Positions 1 through 8,647 of a stretch of DNA of 64,000 nt are shown piece by piece. The translations under genes and the position numbers were made by a program. The notes below the pieces were generated by a model. It was not told the DNA's origin, made no database searches, and worked only from the letters and a program-made list of their open reading frames with translations. Within the stretch, counting starts at the first letter, position 1; every line of letters starts with the position of its first letter. Source of the DNA: an uncultured Gammaproteobacteria bacterium (GTDB taxonomy: Bacteria > Patescibacteriota > Microgenomatia > UBA8517); the NCBI GenBank assembly GCA_964583105.1, contig CAZOUV010000002.1, forward strand, positions 26,573 through 90,572, given 5' to 3'.

Positions 1-716
1 CTGCAAGACAAACTCAAATTTTAAAAGCTTTGATTGATGAATATATTGAAACAGCCCAACCGGTTGGGTCTGAGAATTTGGATAAAAAATATAATTTGGG
101 AGTTTCCCCTGCGACAATCAGAAACGAAATGGTTTCTTTAACAAAAGCGGGATATCTTAGACAACCTCATACTTCTTCCGGAAGAATTCCAAGCCCCACA
201 GCCATGAAATTTTATGTGGATCAACTAATGGAGGAAAAACAAATGAGTCTTGCCGACGAGGTTAAAGCGAAAGAGGAAATAAGAGATTCTAAAGACGATT
301 TAGGAAAACTTCTTGATGAAGCTACCCGTGCTCTTGCTCAAAGAACAAGAAATGTTGCTCTTGCCGCAACCGACGACGGCAGGGTCTGGCATGCGGGCTA
401 TGCAAATGTTTTTTCCAATCCTGAATTTTCGGATATGGGGGTTTGCTCAGGTCTTTTTTCTTTTTTTGAAGAAGCCCAAAGAGTTCATGAACTTTTATTT
501 CAAAGCGCCAGTCTTACCGATCCGTTTGATGTATTATTTGGAGAGGAATTAAGTTGGCCAGAATTATCGACAGTGGGTATTGTTACAGCGCATTTTAATG
601 CAAAAGGTAAAAAGGGGGCCTTAGGAGTTGTGGGACCCGTAAGACTTAGTTATTCGACGGTAGTTCCTATGGTTAGATACTTTTCAAACATGATTGAGGA
701 GGTTGCTGGAAAATAA
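1..716 (+). CDS. hrcA: Heat-inducible transcription repressor HrcA (5'-truncated by window edge)
   Basis: The frame is open from nt 3 and reads RQTQILKALIDEYIETAQPVGSENL...GVSPATIRNEM...PHTSSGRIP...FYVDQL. These are the hallmark HrcA N-terminal wHTH motifs. It sits upstream of grpE-dnaK-dnaJ. Confidence 0.8.
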   Translation, partial: ARQTQILKALIDEYIETAQPVGSENLDKKYNLGVSPATIRNEMVSLTKAGYLRQPHTSSGRIPSPTAMKFYVDQLMEEKQMSLADEVKAKEEIRDSKDDLGKLLDEATRALAQRTRNVALAATDDGRVWHAGYANVFSNPEFSDMGVCSGLFSFFEEAQRVHELLFQSASLTDPFDVLFGEELSWPELSTVGIVTAHFNAKGKKGALGVVGPVRLSYSTVVPMVRYFSNMIEEVAGK

Positions 717-745
717 AGAATGTATTAAAAAGAAAATATAAGAAT

Positions 746-1192
746 ATGAGCAAGACAAAAAAACAAACAACTAAAATTATTGAACCCGATTTAAAAAATC
801 AGTTGGTTAGAGCACTTGCCGATTATGATAATTTGAGAAAAAGAATCGAAAGGGAAAAAGAAGATTTGGAAAAACTGGCAGGACTCAAATTTATTCTAAG
901 ATTTTTGCCGATACTTGATAATTTGCGGGTGGCCCAGAATCATCTTAAAGATGCGGGTCTTGCAATAACCATTTCCGAGTTTGAGAATATAATCAAAGAC
1001 GAAGGAATTGAAGAAATAAGACCAAACAAGGGAGATGAATTTGATCATAATTTGCATGAAGTTACGGAGGTAGTTGAAAATTGTAAAGAAGAAAATAAAA
1101 TAGAAGAAGTAGTTCTTTGCGGTTGGAAATTTAAAGAAGGAGTAGTTATTAGACACGCAAAGGTAAAGGTGGGAAAGAAAGGAGCTAATTAA
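746..1192 (+). CDS. grpE: Nucleotide exchange factor GrpE
   Basis: A 148-aa ORF with a coiled-coil N-terminus (ADYDNLRKRIEREKED) and the GrpE-type C-terminal beta domain. Its position between hrcA and dnaK is canonical. Confidence 0.8.
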   Translation: MSKTKKQTTKIIEPDLKNQLVRALADYDNLRKRIEREKEDLEKLAGLKFILRFLPILDNLRVAQNHLKDAGLAITISEFENIIKDEGIEEIRPNKGDEFDHNLHEVTEVVENCKEENKIEEVVLCGWKFKEGVVIRHAKVKVGKKGAN

Positions 1193-1198
1193 AAATAT

Positions 1199-3106
1199 AT
1201 GTCAAAAATAATCGGAATTGATTTAGGAACGACAAATTCATGCGTTGCCGTAATGGAAGGCGGACGGCCCAAGGTTATTCCCGCGGTGGATACCGGAAGA
1301 AATATTACACCCTCAGTTGTCGAACCTGTTAAAAATCTTGTTGGGGATGTTGCTAAACGTCAGGTGGTTCTTAACCCCAAAAACACAGTCTATTCAGTTA
1401 AGAGACTTATGGGAAGAAGAAATGACGACAAGGAGGTAACCCGCACAAAGTCAATGGTTCCTTATGAAATTGTTTCAGCTAAAGACGGCGGAGCAGTTAT
1501 TGAAATAGACGGAAAAACATATACACCTCAGGAAATTTCAGCAAGAGTCTTAATGAAACTTAAGAAAGACGCTGAAGTCTACCTTGGAGAAACTGTTGAC
1601 AGAGCCGTTATTACGGTTCCTGCATATTTTGATGATTCCCAAAGACAGGCAACAAAACAGGCAGGAGAAATTGCGGGACTTAAGGTTGAAAGAATAATTA
1701 ATGAACCCACCGCCGCTTCTTTGGCATACGGAATGGACAAGAAAAAAGCTGAAAAAATTGCCGTTTACGATCTCGGAGGGGGAACTTTTGATATTTCGAT
1801 TCTTGAACTTGGTGATGGAGTATTTGAGGTTAAGGCAACAAACGGAGATACCCATCTTGGGGGAGATGATTTCGATGAAAAAATCGTTGATTACATAGCA
1901 GGTGAATTTAAAAAGGAAAATTCTGTGGACCTAAAAGCTGATAAACAAGCACTTCAAAGAGTAAGAGATGCTGCCGAAAAAGCAAAGATAGAACTTTCCG
2001 CTGCCAACGAGGTTGAAATAAACCAGCCATATATCACTCAAAAAGACGGACAACCCATGCATTTAACAATGAAACTTACAAGGGCAAAGCTTGAAGATTT
2101 AGTAAGTGAACTTATTGAAAAAACCTTAAAACCTGTTGAGGCTTGCCTTAAAGATGCAAAAGTTGATGCTCATGATATCAACGAGGTGATACTTGTCGGA
2201 GGCATGACTAGAATGCCTAAAGTTGTCGAAACCGTAAAAAATTTCTTCGGCAAAGCCCCCAATCAATCAGTTAATCCTGATGAAGTAGTTGCTGTCGGAG
2301 CCGCAATTCAGGCGGGGGTATTGGGAGGGGAAGTAAAAGACATTCTTCTTCTTGATGTCACACCCTTGACTTTGGGAATAGAAACTTTAGGTGGAGTTGC
2401 AACTCCCATGATTGCCAGAAATACAACCGTTCCCACTTCAAAAACGGAAGTATTTTCAACTGCCGCGGATAATCAAACACAGGTTGAGATCCATGTAACT
2501 CAAGGAGAACGTCCAATGAGTGCAGACAATAAATCTTTAGGAAGATTCATTTTAGATGGTATTCCTCCAGCACCTCGTGGGGTTCCCCAAGTTGAAGTTA
2601 CTTTTGATATCGATGCTTCAGGAATACTTAAAGTTACAGCCAAAGACAAAGCAACAAATAAAACTCAAAATATTACCATTACCGGAGCAATTGGGCTTTC
2701 AGACGATGAAGTCAAAAGAATGCAAGAGGAAGCCGAAAAACACAAAGAAGAGGATGTAAAAAAAGCGGAAATAATAACTGCCAAAAATAATGCTGACAAC
2801 CTTGTTTCTCAAGCCGAAAAAGCACTCAAAGATGCGGGAGACAAGGCCCCGAAAGACGTAAAGGAAAAAGTTGAGGAAAAAATAAAAAAGGTAAAAGAGA
2901 TAAAAGACAAAGAGAATGTTTCTAAGGAAGATTTGGAGACTGCAACAAAAGATCTCTCTGAGACTCTTTCTCAGATAGGACAAGCTATGTATCAGGGACA
3001 AAAAGATCAGGCAAAACCACAGGAAGAAGCACCAAAAGACGGAGAAGACAAAAAGGACGAAAAGAAAAAAGAAGAAAAAGTTGAGGAAGGCGAAGTGGTA
3101 GAATAA
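1199..3106 (+). CDS. dnaK: Chaperone DnaK (Hsp70)
   Basis: [34 protein letters not shown] and a K/E-rich C-terminal lid. The ORF is 635 aa. Confidence 0.95.
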   Translation: MSKIIGIDLGTTNSCVAVMEGGRPKVIPAVDTGRNITPSVVEPVKNLVGDVAKRQVVLNPKNTVYSVKRLMGRRNDDKEVTRTKSMVPYEIVSAKDGGAVIEIDGKTYTPQEISARVLMKLKKDAEVYLGETVDRAVITVPAYFDDSQRQATKQAGEIAGLKVERIINEPTAASLAYGMDKKKAEKIAVYDLGGGTFDISILELGDGVFEVKATNGDTHLGGDDFDEKIVDYIAGEFKKENSVDLKADKQALQRVRDAAEKAKIELSAANEVEINQPYITQKDGQPMHLTMKLTRAKLEDLVSELIEKTLKPVEACLKDAKVDAHDINEVILVGGMTRMPKVVETVKNFFGKAPNQSVNPDEVVAVGAAIQAGVLGGEVKDILLLDVTPLTLGIETLGGVATPMIARNTTVPTSKTEVFSTAADNQTQVEIHVTQGERPMSADNKSLGRFILDGIPPAPRGVPQVEVTFDIDASGILKVTAKDKATNKTQNITITGAIGLSDDEVKRMQEEAEKHKEEDVKKAEIITAKNNADNLVSQAEKALKDAGDKAPKDVKEKVEEKIKKVKEIKDKENVSKEDLETATKDLSETLSQIGQAMYQGQKDQAKPQEEAPKDGEDKKDEKKKEEKVEEGEVVE

Positions 3107-3110
3107 CTTC

Positions 3111-4007
3111 ATGGCCACAAAGTCCGATTACTACGATATTCTGGGAGTATCCAAATCTGCATCAGCCGATGAAATAAAAAAGGCGTATAGAAAACAAGCT
3201 TTAGAATGGCATCCCGATAAACATACGGGATCAGACAAAGAAGCTGCTGAAAAAAGATTTAAAGAAATAAATGAAGCGTATCAGGTTCTTTCTGATTCTC
3301 AGAAAAAATCCGCATATGATCAGTTTGGCCATGACGCATTTACCCCTGGAGGGACAGCTAGGGGAAATCCTTTTGCTGGGGGATTTGGTGGTCAGCAAGG
3401 TCAATACGGACCATTTACCTATACATATACTTCTGGAGGAGGCGGAGGAAACCCATTTGGAAATTTTGATTTTGGAGACCCCTTTGATATTTTTGAGAGC
3501 TTTTTTGGTGGTGGAGGAAACCCATTCGGTGCAAGACAAAGAAGATCAATTCCCAGATATTCCATAAAAATTGATTTTATGGAAGCGGTTCATGGAGTTG
3601 AAAAGTCTGTTAATGTAGGGGGAAAGAAAAGAACTATTAAAATTCCTGCAGGAATATATGAAGGAGCAAGGATAAATTTTGGAGACTTTACCCTTTCGGT
3701 AAACATAAAACCTGATGAGTTGTTTGAAAGAGATGAAGATGATATTTATGTGAAGGTTGTAATTCCCTATTCACTTGCGGTATTTGGAGGAGAAATTGAA
3801 GTTCCTACAGTTGATGGAGATGTAAAAATAAGAGTTAGGGCAGGGACTCAGCCGGGAACTATGGTTAGATTAAGAGAAAAAGGAATAACTCATCTTCACG
3901 GAAGAGGAAAGGGAGATGAATACGTAAAACTTAATATTCTAGTTCCTGAAAAACTAACAAAAGAACAAAAAAGAATAATTGAAGAGATGGAGGAAAGAGG
4001 TTTATAA
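3111..4007 (+). CDS. dnaJ: DnaJ-like J-domain co-chaperone (type II/CbpA-like: J domain + G/F region + CTD, no Cys-rich zinc-finger domain)
   Basis: DYYDILGV...HPDKH J-domain with the HPD motif, then a Gly/Phe-rich linker and a C-terminal substrate-binding-like region. There is no CxxCxGxG repeat. Confidence 0.75.
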   Translation: MATKSDYYDILGVSKSASADEIKKAYRKQALEWHPDKHTGSDKEAAEKRFKEINEAYQVLSDSQKKSAYDQFGHDAFTPGGTARGNPFAGGFGGQQGQYGPFTYTYTSGGGGGNPFGNFDFGDPFDIFESFFGGGGNPFGARQRRSIPRYSIKIDFMEAVHGVEKSVNVGGKKRTIKIPAGIYEGARINFGDFTLSVNIKPDELFERDEDDIYVKVVIPYSLAVFGGEIEVPTVDGDVKIRVRAGTQPGTMVRLREKGITHLHGRGKGDEYVKLNILVPEKLTKEQKRIIEEMEERGL

Positions 4008-4031
4008 ATAATTCATGTTTATTTGAACTTC

Positions 4032-4060
4032 TTGACAGACTAAAAGAGAAAGGATAGGAT
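4032..4060 (+). promoter_or_regulatory. Putative sigma70-like promoter (TTGACA-17 nt-TAGGAT) for orphan ORF 4069
   Basis: The -35 TTGACA lies at 4032-4037 and the -10-like TAGGAT at 4055-4060. The ATG at 4069 lies only ~8 nt downstream, implying a leaderless or near-leaderless mRNA. Confidence 0.3.
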
Positions 4061-4068
4061 CAGAGTGT

Positions 4069-4572
4069 ATGTCAGAAAAACATGGGGCAGGTGAAAAGAA
4101 TAAAAGATACAGTAAAGAGGACATCTTATCTGCGGGTGATGTTGGTTGCGTTTTAGAAAATTATCGAAGAGCTTCTGAACAGGTTAGTCAACATTATGAA
4201 CGAGCTGGACTTCAGACTGCAGCAGCGGATAGGCTTCATCAGCTTGGAGATGAAGAAAAATCTTTTCAATTTACAATATTAGCGTCCCAATCACAAAATG
4301 CAGAGAAGATAAGTAGGGCAGTAGAGACAGTGGGGTATGTGGAAATAGATTTTCATAGAGATGTTTCAAGCATCACGTCGGCATTAAATATGTTTAAGCA
4401 GGTAGGGGGTGAAATGACGGCCTCATCAGAGAAAATCCGATCAGCTGGGAATAGTATTGCCGCGTCTATTAATAACATGAGTTCGGCCTCACAAGTGATC
4501 GACGGAGCTGCCAGAAGGATAGAGTCGGCTTCAGGTACAATAAGTCAAGCCTCAAATAGGATGGGTCGTTAG
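4069..4572 (+). CDS. Hypothetical protein (orphan, 167 aa). The C-terminal Ser/Ala-rich heptad-like segment is reminiscent of signalling coiled coils.
   Basis: An ORF lying between dnaJ and nusA. Arg is mostly CGA/CGG/CGT and Ser often TCG/TCA, unlike neighbours where AGA dominates. It is flanked by its own promoter-like element and a downstream intrinsic terminator. Confidence 0.5.
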   Translation: MSEKHGAGEKNKRYSKEDILSAGDVGCVLENYRRASEQVSQHYERAGLQTAAADRLHQLGDEEKSFQFTILASQSQNAEKISRAVETVGYVEIDFHRDVSSITSALNMFKQVGGEMTASSEKIRSAGNSIAASINNMSSASQVIDGAARRIESASGTISQASNRMGR

Positions 4573-4581
4573 TGGTCTTGT

Positions 4582-4610
4582 TTGACTTCTTTTGGTGTCT
4601 GGGATACAAT
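4582..4610 (+). promoter_or_regulatory. sigma70-like promoter (TTGACT-17-TACAAT) upstream of nusA
   Basis: TTGACT at 4582-4587, TACAAT at 4605-4610, with a 17-nt spacer. Confidence 0.4.
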
Positions 4611-4638
4611 TCTTAATTGGAAATAGTTGTTTTGAATT

Positions 4639-4665
4639 GGTGGGAAGATGAGCCCACCTTTTTTA
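4639..4665 (+). terminator. Intrinsic terminator/attenuator hairpin (GGTGGG-aagatgag-CCCACC + TTTTTTA) in the nusA leader
   Basis: A perfect 6-bp GC-rich stem followed by a 7-nt T-run, ending 14 nt before the nusA ATG. It also terminates the upstream orphan ORF. Confidence 0.6.
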
Positions 4666-4679
4666 TTAATAAATATAAT

Positions 4680-5840
4680 ATGCAAACACCCAGAACAGAA
4701 TTTGCACAGGCACTTAAAGCCATAGCTAACGAGCGAGGCCTTGACCCTTCTATTATTTTAGAAACCATCAAGGAAGCGATTGTTGCAGCTTATAAAAGAG
4801 ATGTTCGAGAACAAGGAGAAGATGTTGAGGAACAGGTTTTTACCATTGAGATTGATCCCAAAGACGGTGGCGCAAAAATTTTTCATGAAGGTAAAGATGT
4901 TACACCTCCGGGATTTGGAAGAATCGCAGCTCAAACCGCAAAACAAGTTATTCATCAAAAAATAAGAGAGGCTGAAAAGGGTGCAATAATGGATGAGTTT
5001 TCCGGAAGAGTGGGGACCTTGATTTCCGGAATGGTTTTAAGATTTGACGGACCGGATGTAAAAATTGATATCGGAAGAACCGAGGCTATAATGCCTGCGG
5101 AGGAAAGAATTCCTTCAGAAAGACTTAATTTAAATCAGAGACTTTCCTTTCTTCTTAAGGAGATTAAAGAAGGGCTTCGGGGAAAGGAAATTATTCTCTC
5201 CCGTGCCGATCCTTTATTTGTTGAAAAGCTTTTTGCAAGGGAAGTTCCTGAGATTGCATCAGGCAATGTTATTGTAAAAGGAATTGCCAGAGAACCTGGT
5301 ATCAGAACCAAGATTGCGGTTGCATCAAGCCAAGCCGGAGTTGATCCAGTTGGTTCATGTGTCGGTCAAAAAGGAGTAAGGGTGCAAGCCGTAACTAACG
5401 AACTGGGTGGAGAAAGAGTTGATCTGATTTCATATTCTGAAGATTTGGATGATTTGGTCAAGGCCTCCCTTTCGCCGGCAGACGGACTTACGGTTAAAGT
5501 AAATAAAAAAGAAAAACTTGCGAAAGTTTTGGCTCCAGATGATCAACTATCTCTTGCTATAGGAAAAGACGGTCAAAATGTAAGATTGGCGGCAAAACTT
5601 ACCAGTTTAAGAATTGAAGTTGAAGGAACTGGAGAAAATCTTAATCCTGAAATCCCAGAAGTTAAAAAAGAGATGGTTGAAGAAAAAGTTGAAGAGGATA
5701 AAGAAGAAACTAACGAGAATATAAAGACCGATGGAAAAGAGGGTGTTCCAGAAAAACAGGAAGTTTTGGAAACACCCAAAGAAGAGGTAAATAAAGAAGT
5801 TTCCGTAGTTGAAGAGGCGCCTAAAGAAGATTCGAAATAA
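4680..5840 (+). CDS. nusA: Transcription termination/antitermination factor NusA
   Basis: The N-terminal domain (FAQALKAIANERGL...EAIVAAYKR), then S1 and two KH domains (GQKGVRVQAVTNELGGERVD; LAIGKDGQNVRLAAKLT) and an acidic K/E tail. The start is assigned to the ATG at 4680; the ORF track extends upstream to 4617. Confidence 0.9.
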   Translation: MQTPRTEFAQALKAIANERGLDPSIILETIKEAIVAAYKRDVREQGEDVEEQVFTIEIDPKDGGAKIFHEGKDVTPPGFGRIAAQTAKQVIHQKIREAEKGAIMDEFSGRVGTLISGMVLRFDGPDVKIDIGRTEAIMPAEERIPSERLNLNQRLSFLLKEIKEGLRGKEIILSRADPLFVEKLFAREVPEIASGNVIVKGIAREPGIRTKIAVASSQAGVDPVGSCVGQKGVRVQAVTNELGGERVDLISYSEDLDDLVKASLSPADGLTVKVNKKEKLAKVLAPDDQLSLAIGKDGQNVRLAAKLTSLRIEVEGTGENLNPEIPEVKKEMVEEKVEEDKEETNENIKTDGKEGVPEKQEVLETPKEEVNKEVSVVEEAPKEDSK

Positions 5841-5930
5841 CATGCAAAAAGGTAATTTAACTTTTTTACTTTTAATTTAAATCTTCAACTCAGGCCAATC
5901 TTCGCTTAGGAATTTTTAAATTTTGATTAA

Positions 5931-7361
5931 ATGAGTCTGTTATTAAATATTATGAATGATAAAAACTTAGAGGTTCGTCCGCCGATTGTGACTGTTTTGG
6001 GCCATGTTGATCACGGTAAAACCAGCTTGCTTGACAAAATCAGAGCTACAAATGTGGCAGGAAAGGAAGCGGGGGGTATTACTCAAGGAATTGGAGCTTC
6101 TGTTGTGGTAACCAAAGAAGGAAAGAAAATCACATTTATCGACACTCCCGGTCATGCTGCATTTTCAAAGATGAGATCTCGTGGTACGTCTGCCTGCGAT
6201 ATTGCCATACTCGTAGTTGATGCTTCGGACGGAGTAAAACCCCAAACATTGGAAGCACTTCAATTGATTAAAGAGGCAAACATACCTTTTATTGTTGCAA
6301 TTACCAAAATAGATCTTCCCGCTGCAGAGATAGAAATTGTGCTGGGACAGCTTGAAAAAGAAGGAATTACTTTTGAAGGAAGGGGTGGAAATACACCGTA
6401 CCTTGGCATTTCTGCAAAAACTGGCGAAGGAATATCCGAACTTCTTGAAATCATTACACTTGTTTCGGAAGTAGCCGAAATAAAAGCGGACCACGAATCT
6501 CCCCTTCTTGGCGTAGTTATTGAAACTTCCAAAGAAAAGGGTGGTCTTACGGTTTCACTAGTTGTTCGTGACGGAACATTAAAAGTTGGAGATACTTTGT
6601 ACTCAGATAAATCCGAATGCAAAGTGAGAGGACTTTTTGATTATCGGCAAAAAGGAGTTAAGGAGATTTTTCCCGGAGAGCCCTGTCAAATATTGGGTTT
6701 TTCGGAGCTTCCAGATGTGGGTTCGATTGTTTCAACAAACAAAGCCCTAATTAAAGAAAGTAATAAAGTAATTACAAAAAAAGATCAATTTAAAAAGATT
6801 CAGGAAGATGAACTCCCCGTAATTTTAAAAGCCAAGAATGTGGGTGCGCTCGAGGCCTTGGAATCATCCCTTCCTCCTAAGGTTATAGTGGTGGATTCCT
6901 CTGTTGGAGATGTTTTGGAAAGTGATATTTTAATGGCTAAATCCACGGCTGCAAGAGTGTTTGCCTTTGATTGCGGGATTTCAAACACTGTTCTTAAACT
7001 TGCCGAAGCAGAAAAAGTTAAAACTTATAAATTTAAGATTATTTATGAACTTATAGATAAACTTAATGAAATATTATCCGGAGGCAAAGAAGAAATTTTA
7101 GGAAAAGCCGAAATCGTTGCAATTTTTCCGTTTGATAATAAAAAAGTTGCAGGGTGCAAAGTAGTAAACGGAAAAATTACCAAAACATCCGATTTATACC
7201 TCGAGAAGAGTGGGGAGAAGGTAGGAAAAATCAAAGCAATTTCTCTCAAGAAAGCGAAACAGGAAGTTGTGGAAGTAAAAGCGGGGGAGGAATTTGGAAT
7301 ATTATTTGAACCCCAGCTTGATTTTGAACAGGGCAATATGATACTATCGGTCGCAAAGTAA
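5931..7361 (+). CDS. infB: Translation initiation factor IF-2 (short form lacking the N-terminal region)
   Basis: The G-domain motifs [17 protein letters not shown] and TKID, followed by the IF2 beta-barrel and C-terminal domains. It is only 476 aa and follows nusA. Confidence 0.9.
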   Translation: MSLLLNIMNDKNLEVRPPIVTVLGHVDHGKTSLLDKIRATNVAGKEAGGITQGIGASVVVTKEGKKITFIDTPGHAAFSKMRSRGTSACDIAILVVDASDGVKPQTLEALQLIKEANIPFIVAITKIDLPAAEIEIVLGQLEKEGITFEGRGGNTPYLGISAKTGEGISELLEIITLVSEVAEIKADHESPLLGVVIETSKEKGGLTVSLVVRDGTLKVGDTLYSDKSECKVRGLFDYRQKGVKEIFPGEPCQILGFSELPDVGSIVSTNKALIKESNKVITKKDQFKKIQEDELPVILKAKNVGALEALESSLPPKVIVVDSSVGDVLESDILMAKSTAARVFAFDCGISNTVLKLAEAEKVKTYKFKIIYELIDKLNEILSGGKEEILGKAEIVAIFPFDNKKVAGCKVVNGKITKTSDLYLEKSGEKVGKIKAISLKKAKQEVVEVKAGEEFGILFEPQLDFEQGNMILSVAK

Positions 7362-8248
7362 TGGATAATTCTTTTTCTTCTTTAATTAGCTCTGCCAACT
7401 CAATTTTGATTCTGTTGCCTAATAGTCCCTCTTTTGATCAGGTTGCTGCAGGACTGTCTCTTTACCTTTCACTTAAAGGAATTAAGGAAGCTTCCATCTC
7501 TTCGGGAAATTCAATGACCGTTGAATTTAGCAGACTTATCGGTGTTGACAAAATAGTTCGGGATGTGGGTAATAAAAATTTAACTATCAGGTTTAAAAAC
7601 TATCCTGCAGAAAACATTGAAAGAGTAAGTGCAGATATTGAAGAGCAGGAATTTCAACTGACAGTTGTTCCCAAAACAGGACTAATTTCACCTCTTAGAG
7701 AGCAAGTCGAATTGACCACCTCCGGCGTAAACTCTGACCTTATTATTCTTGTGGGTGGGGAAAACGATACAGATTTTTCTTCACTTGATAATGAGGATTT
7801 GGGTACGGTAAAGATAGTTCACATTGGAAATACTCAACTTTTTGCTTCCCCTAATAGGGAGATAATGTCTTTTACTCTTTCCGTATCAAGTCTTTCCGAG
7901 CTTGTAGCTATGCTTATTAAGGAAGGAAACCTTAATTTAGATAGTGATATTGCAACAAATTTGGTTGCCGGCATTGAAAAAGGAAGTAACAATTTTACCG
8001 GTGATAAAGTTAGTGCCGAAACTTTTGAGACATTTGCACATCTTTTAAGAAGTGGAGGACAAAGATTTCAAGAAGAGAGCATTAAAAAGGATTATCCATT
8101 GGGGGCAATTCCGGGGCAGGATCTAAGAGTTGAAAAAACGGAAAAAAAGGAAGATACATTAAAAATAAACCAAGTTGAAGAAACTTCTAATCAGGCACCA
8201 AAAGATTGGTTTGAACCCAAGATTTATAAAGGGACTTCGGTCAACTAG
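7361..8248 (+). CDS. DHH-superfamily (NrnA-like) protein, apparently catalytically degenerate
   Basis: A DHH/DHHA1-like layout (ILILLPNSP...AAGLSLYLSL; LVAGIEKGSNNF resembles the GIxxDTxxF motif) but lacking the DHH His/Asp residues. Its ATG overlaps the infB stop codon. It occupies the position usually held by rbfA. Confidence 0.4.
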   Translation: MDNSFSSLISSANSILILLPNSPSFDQVAAGLSLYLSLKGIKEASISSGNSMTVEFSRLIGVDKIVRDVGNKNLTIRFKNYPAENIERVSADIEEQEFQLTVVPKTGLISPLREQVELTTSGVNSDLIILVGGENDTDFSSLDNEDLGTVKIVHIGNTQLFASPNREIMSFTLSVSSLSELVAMLIKEGNLNLDSDIATNLVAGIEKGSNNFTGDKVSAETFETFAHLLRSGGQRFQEESIKKDYPLGAIPGQDLRVEKTEKKEDTLKINQVEETSNQAPKDWFEPKIYKGTSVN

Positions 8249-8257
8249 TTTTGCTAT

Positions 8258-8286
8258 TTGAGTATTTCCTTAAAGTTTGGTATTAT
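8258..8286 (+). promoter_or_regulatory. Putative promoter (TTGAGT-17-TATTAT) for rpsO
   Basis: -35-like at 8258-8263 and -10 at 8281-8286. The ~55-nt leader contains an imperfect inverted repeat (tttacaagg...ctttgtaaa). Confidence 0.3.
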
Positions 8287-8345
8287 ACCCCAAGATGTTT
8301 ACAAGGTTTGTCTTGAGATAGACTTACTTTGTAAAGCATGACAAT

Positions 8346-8615
8346 ATGGCATTAACAGGAAACGAAAAGAAAGACGTAATTAAGAAGTTTGCTAGGGAAA
8401 AGACTGATACAGGTTCTCCCGAAGTCCAAATTGCTCTTCTTTCAATTAAGATTGATAAGTTGGTTAAACACCTAAAGGAGCATGGTCAGGATACGCATTC
8501 AAGGCGTGGTCTCTTGGGGATGGTTGGCAAAAGAAGAAGACTTCTTTCATATCTTCACAAGAGAGATGAAAAGAGGTATAAAAAACTAATAGAAGAATTA
8601 AAACTAGGTAAATAA
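8346..8615 (+). CDS. rpsO: 30S ribosomal protein S15
   Basis: An 89-aa ORF reading LTGNEKKDVIKKF...GSPEVQIALLS...HSRRGLLGMVGKRRRLLSYL. Confidence 0.9.
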   Translation: MALTGNEKKDVIKKFAREKTDTGSPEVQIALLSIKIDKLVKHLKEHGQDTHSRRGLLGMVGKRRRLLSYLHKRDEKRYKKLIEELKLGK

Positions 8616-8647
8616 TTTCTTCAATATAATATAAATTTTAATATTTA

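Noticed and set aside
313-552. 79-aa ORF in an alternate frame inside hrcA
   Set aside because: It is fully nested in the well-supported hrcA reading frame and has a low-complexity hydrophobic translation. It is a spurious overlapping ORF.
896-1156. 86-aa minus-strand ORF antisense to grpE
   Set aside because: A Phe/Tyr/Asn-rich translation typical of AT-rich antisense frames, with no signals.
4069-4572. Calling the 167-aa orphan a methyl-accepting chemotaxis protein fragment
   Set aside because: Resemblance is limited to a Ser/Ala-rich heptad composition. No conserved MCP signalling-tip motif is seen and no chemotaxis genes are present. It is left as hypothetical.
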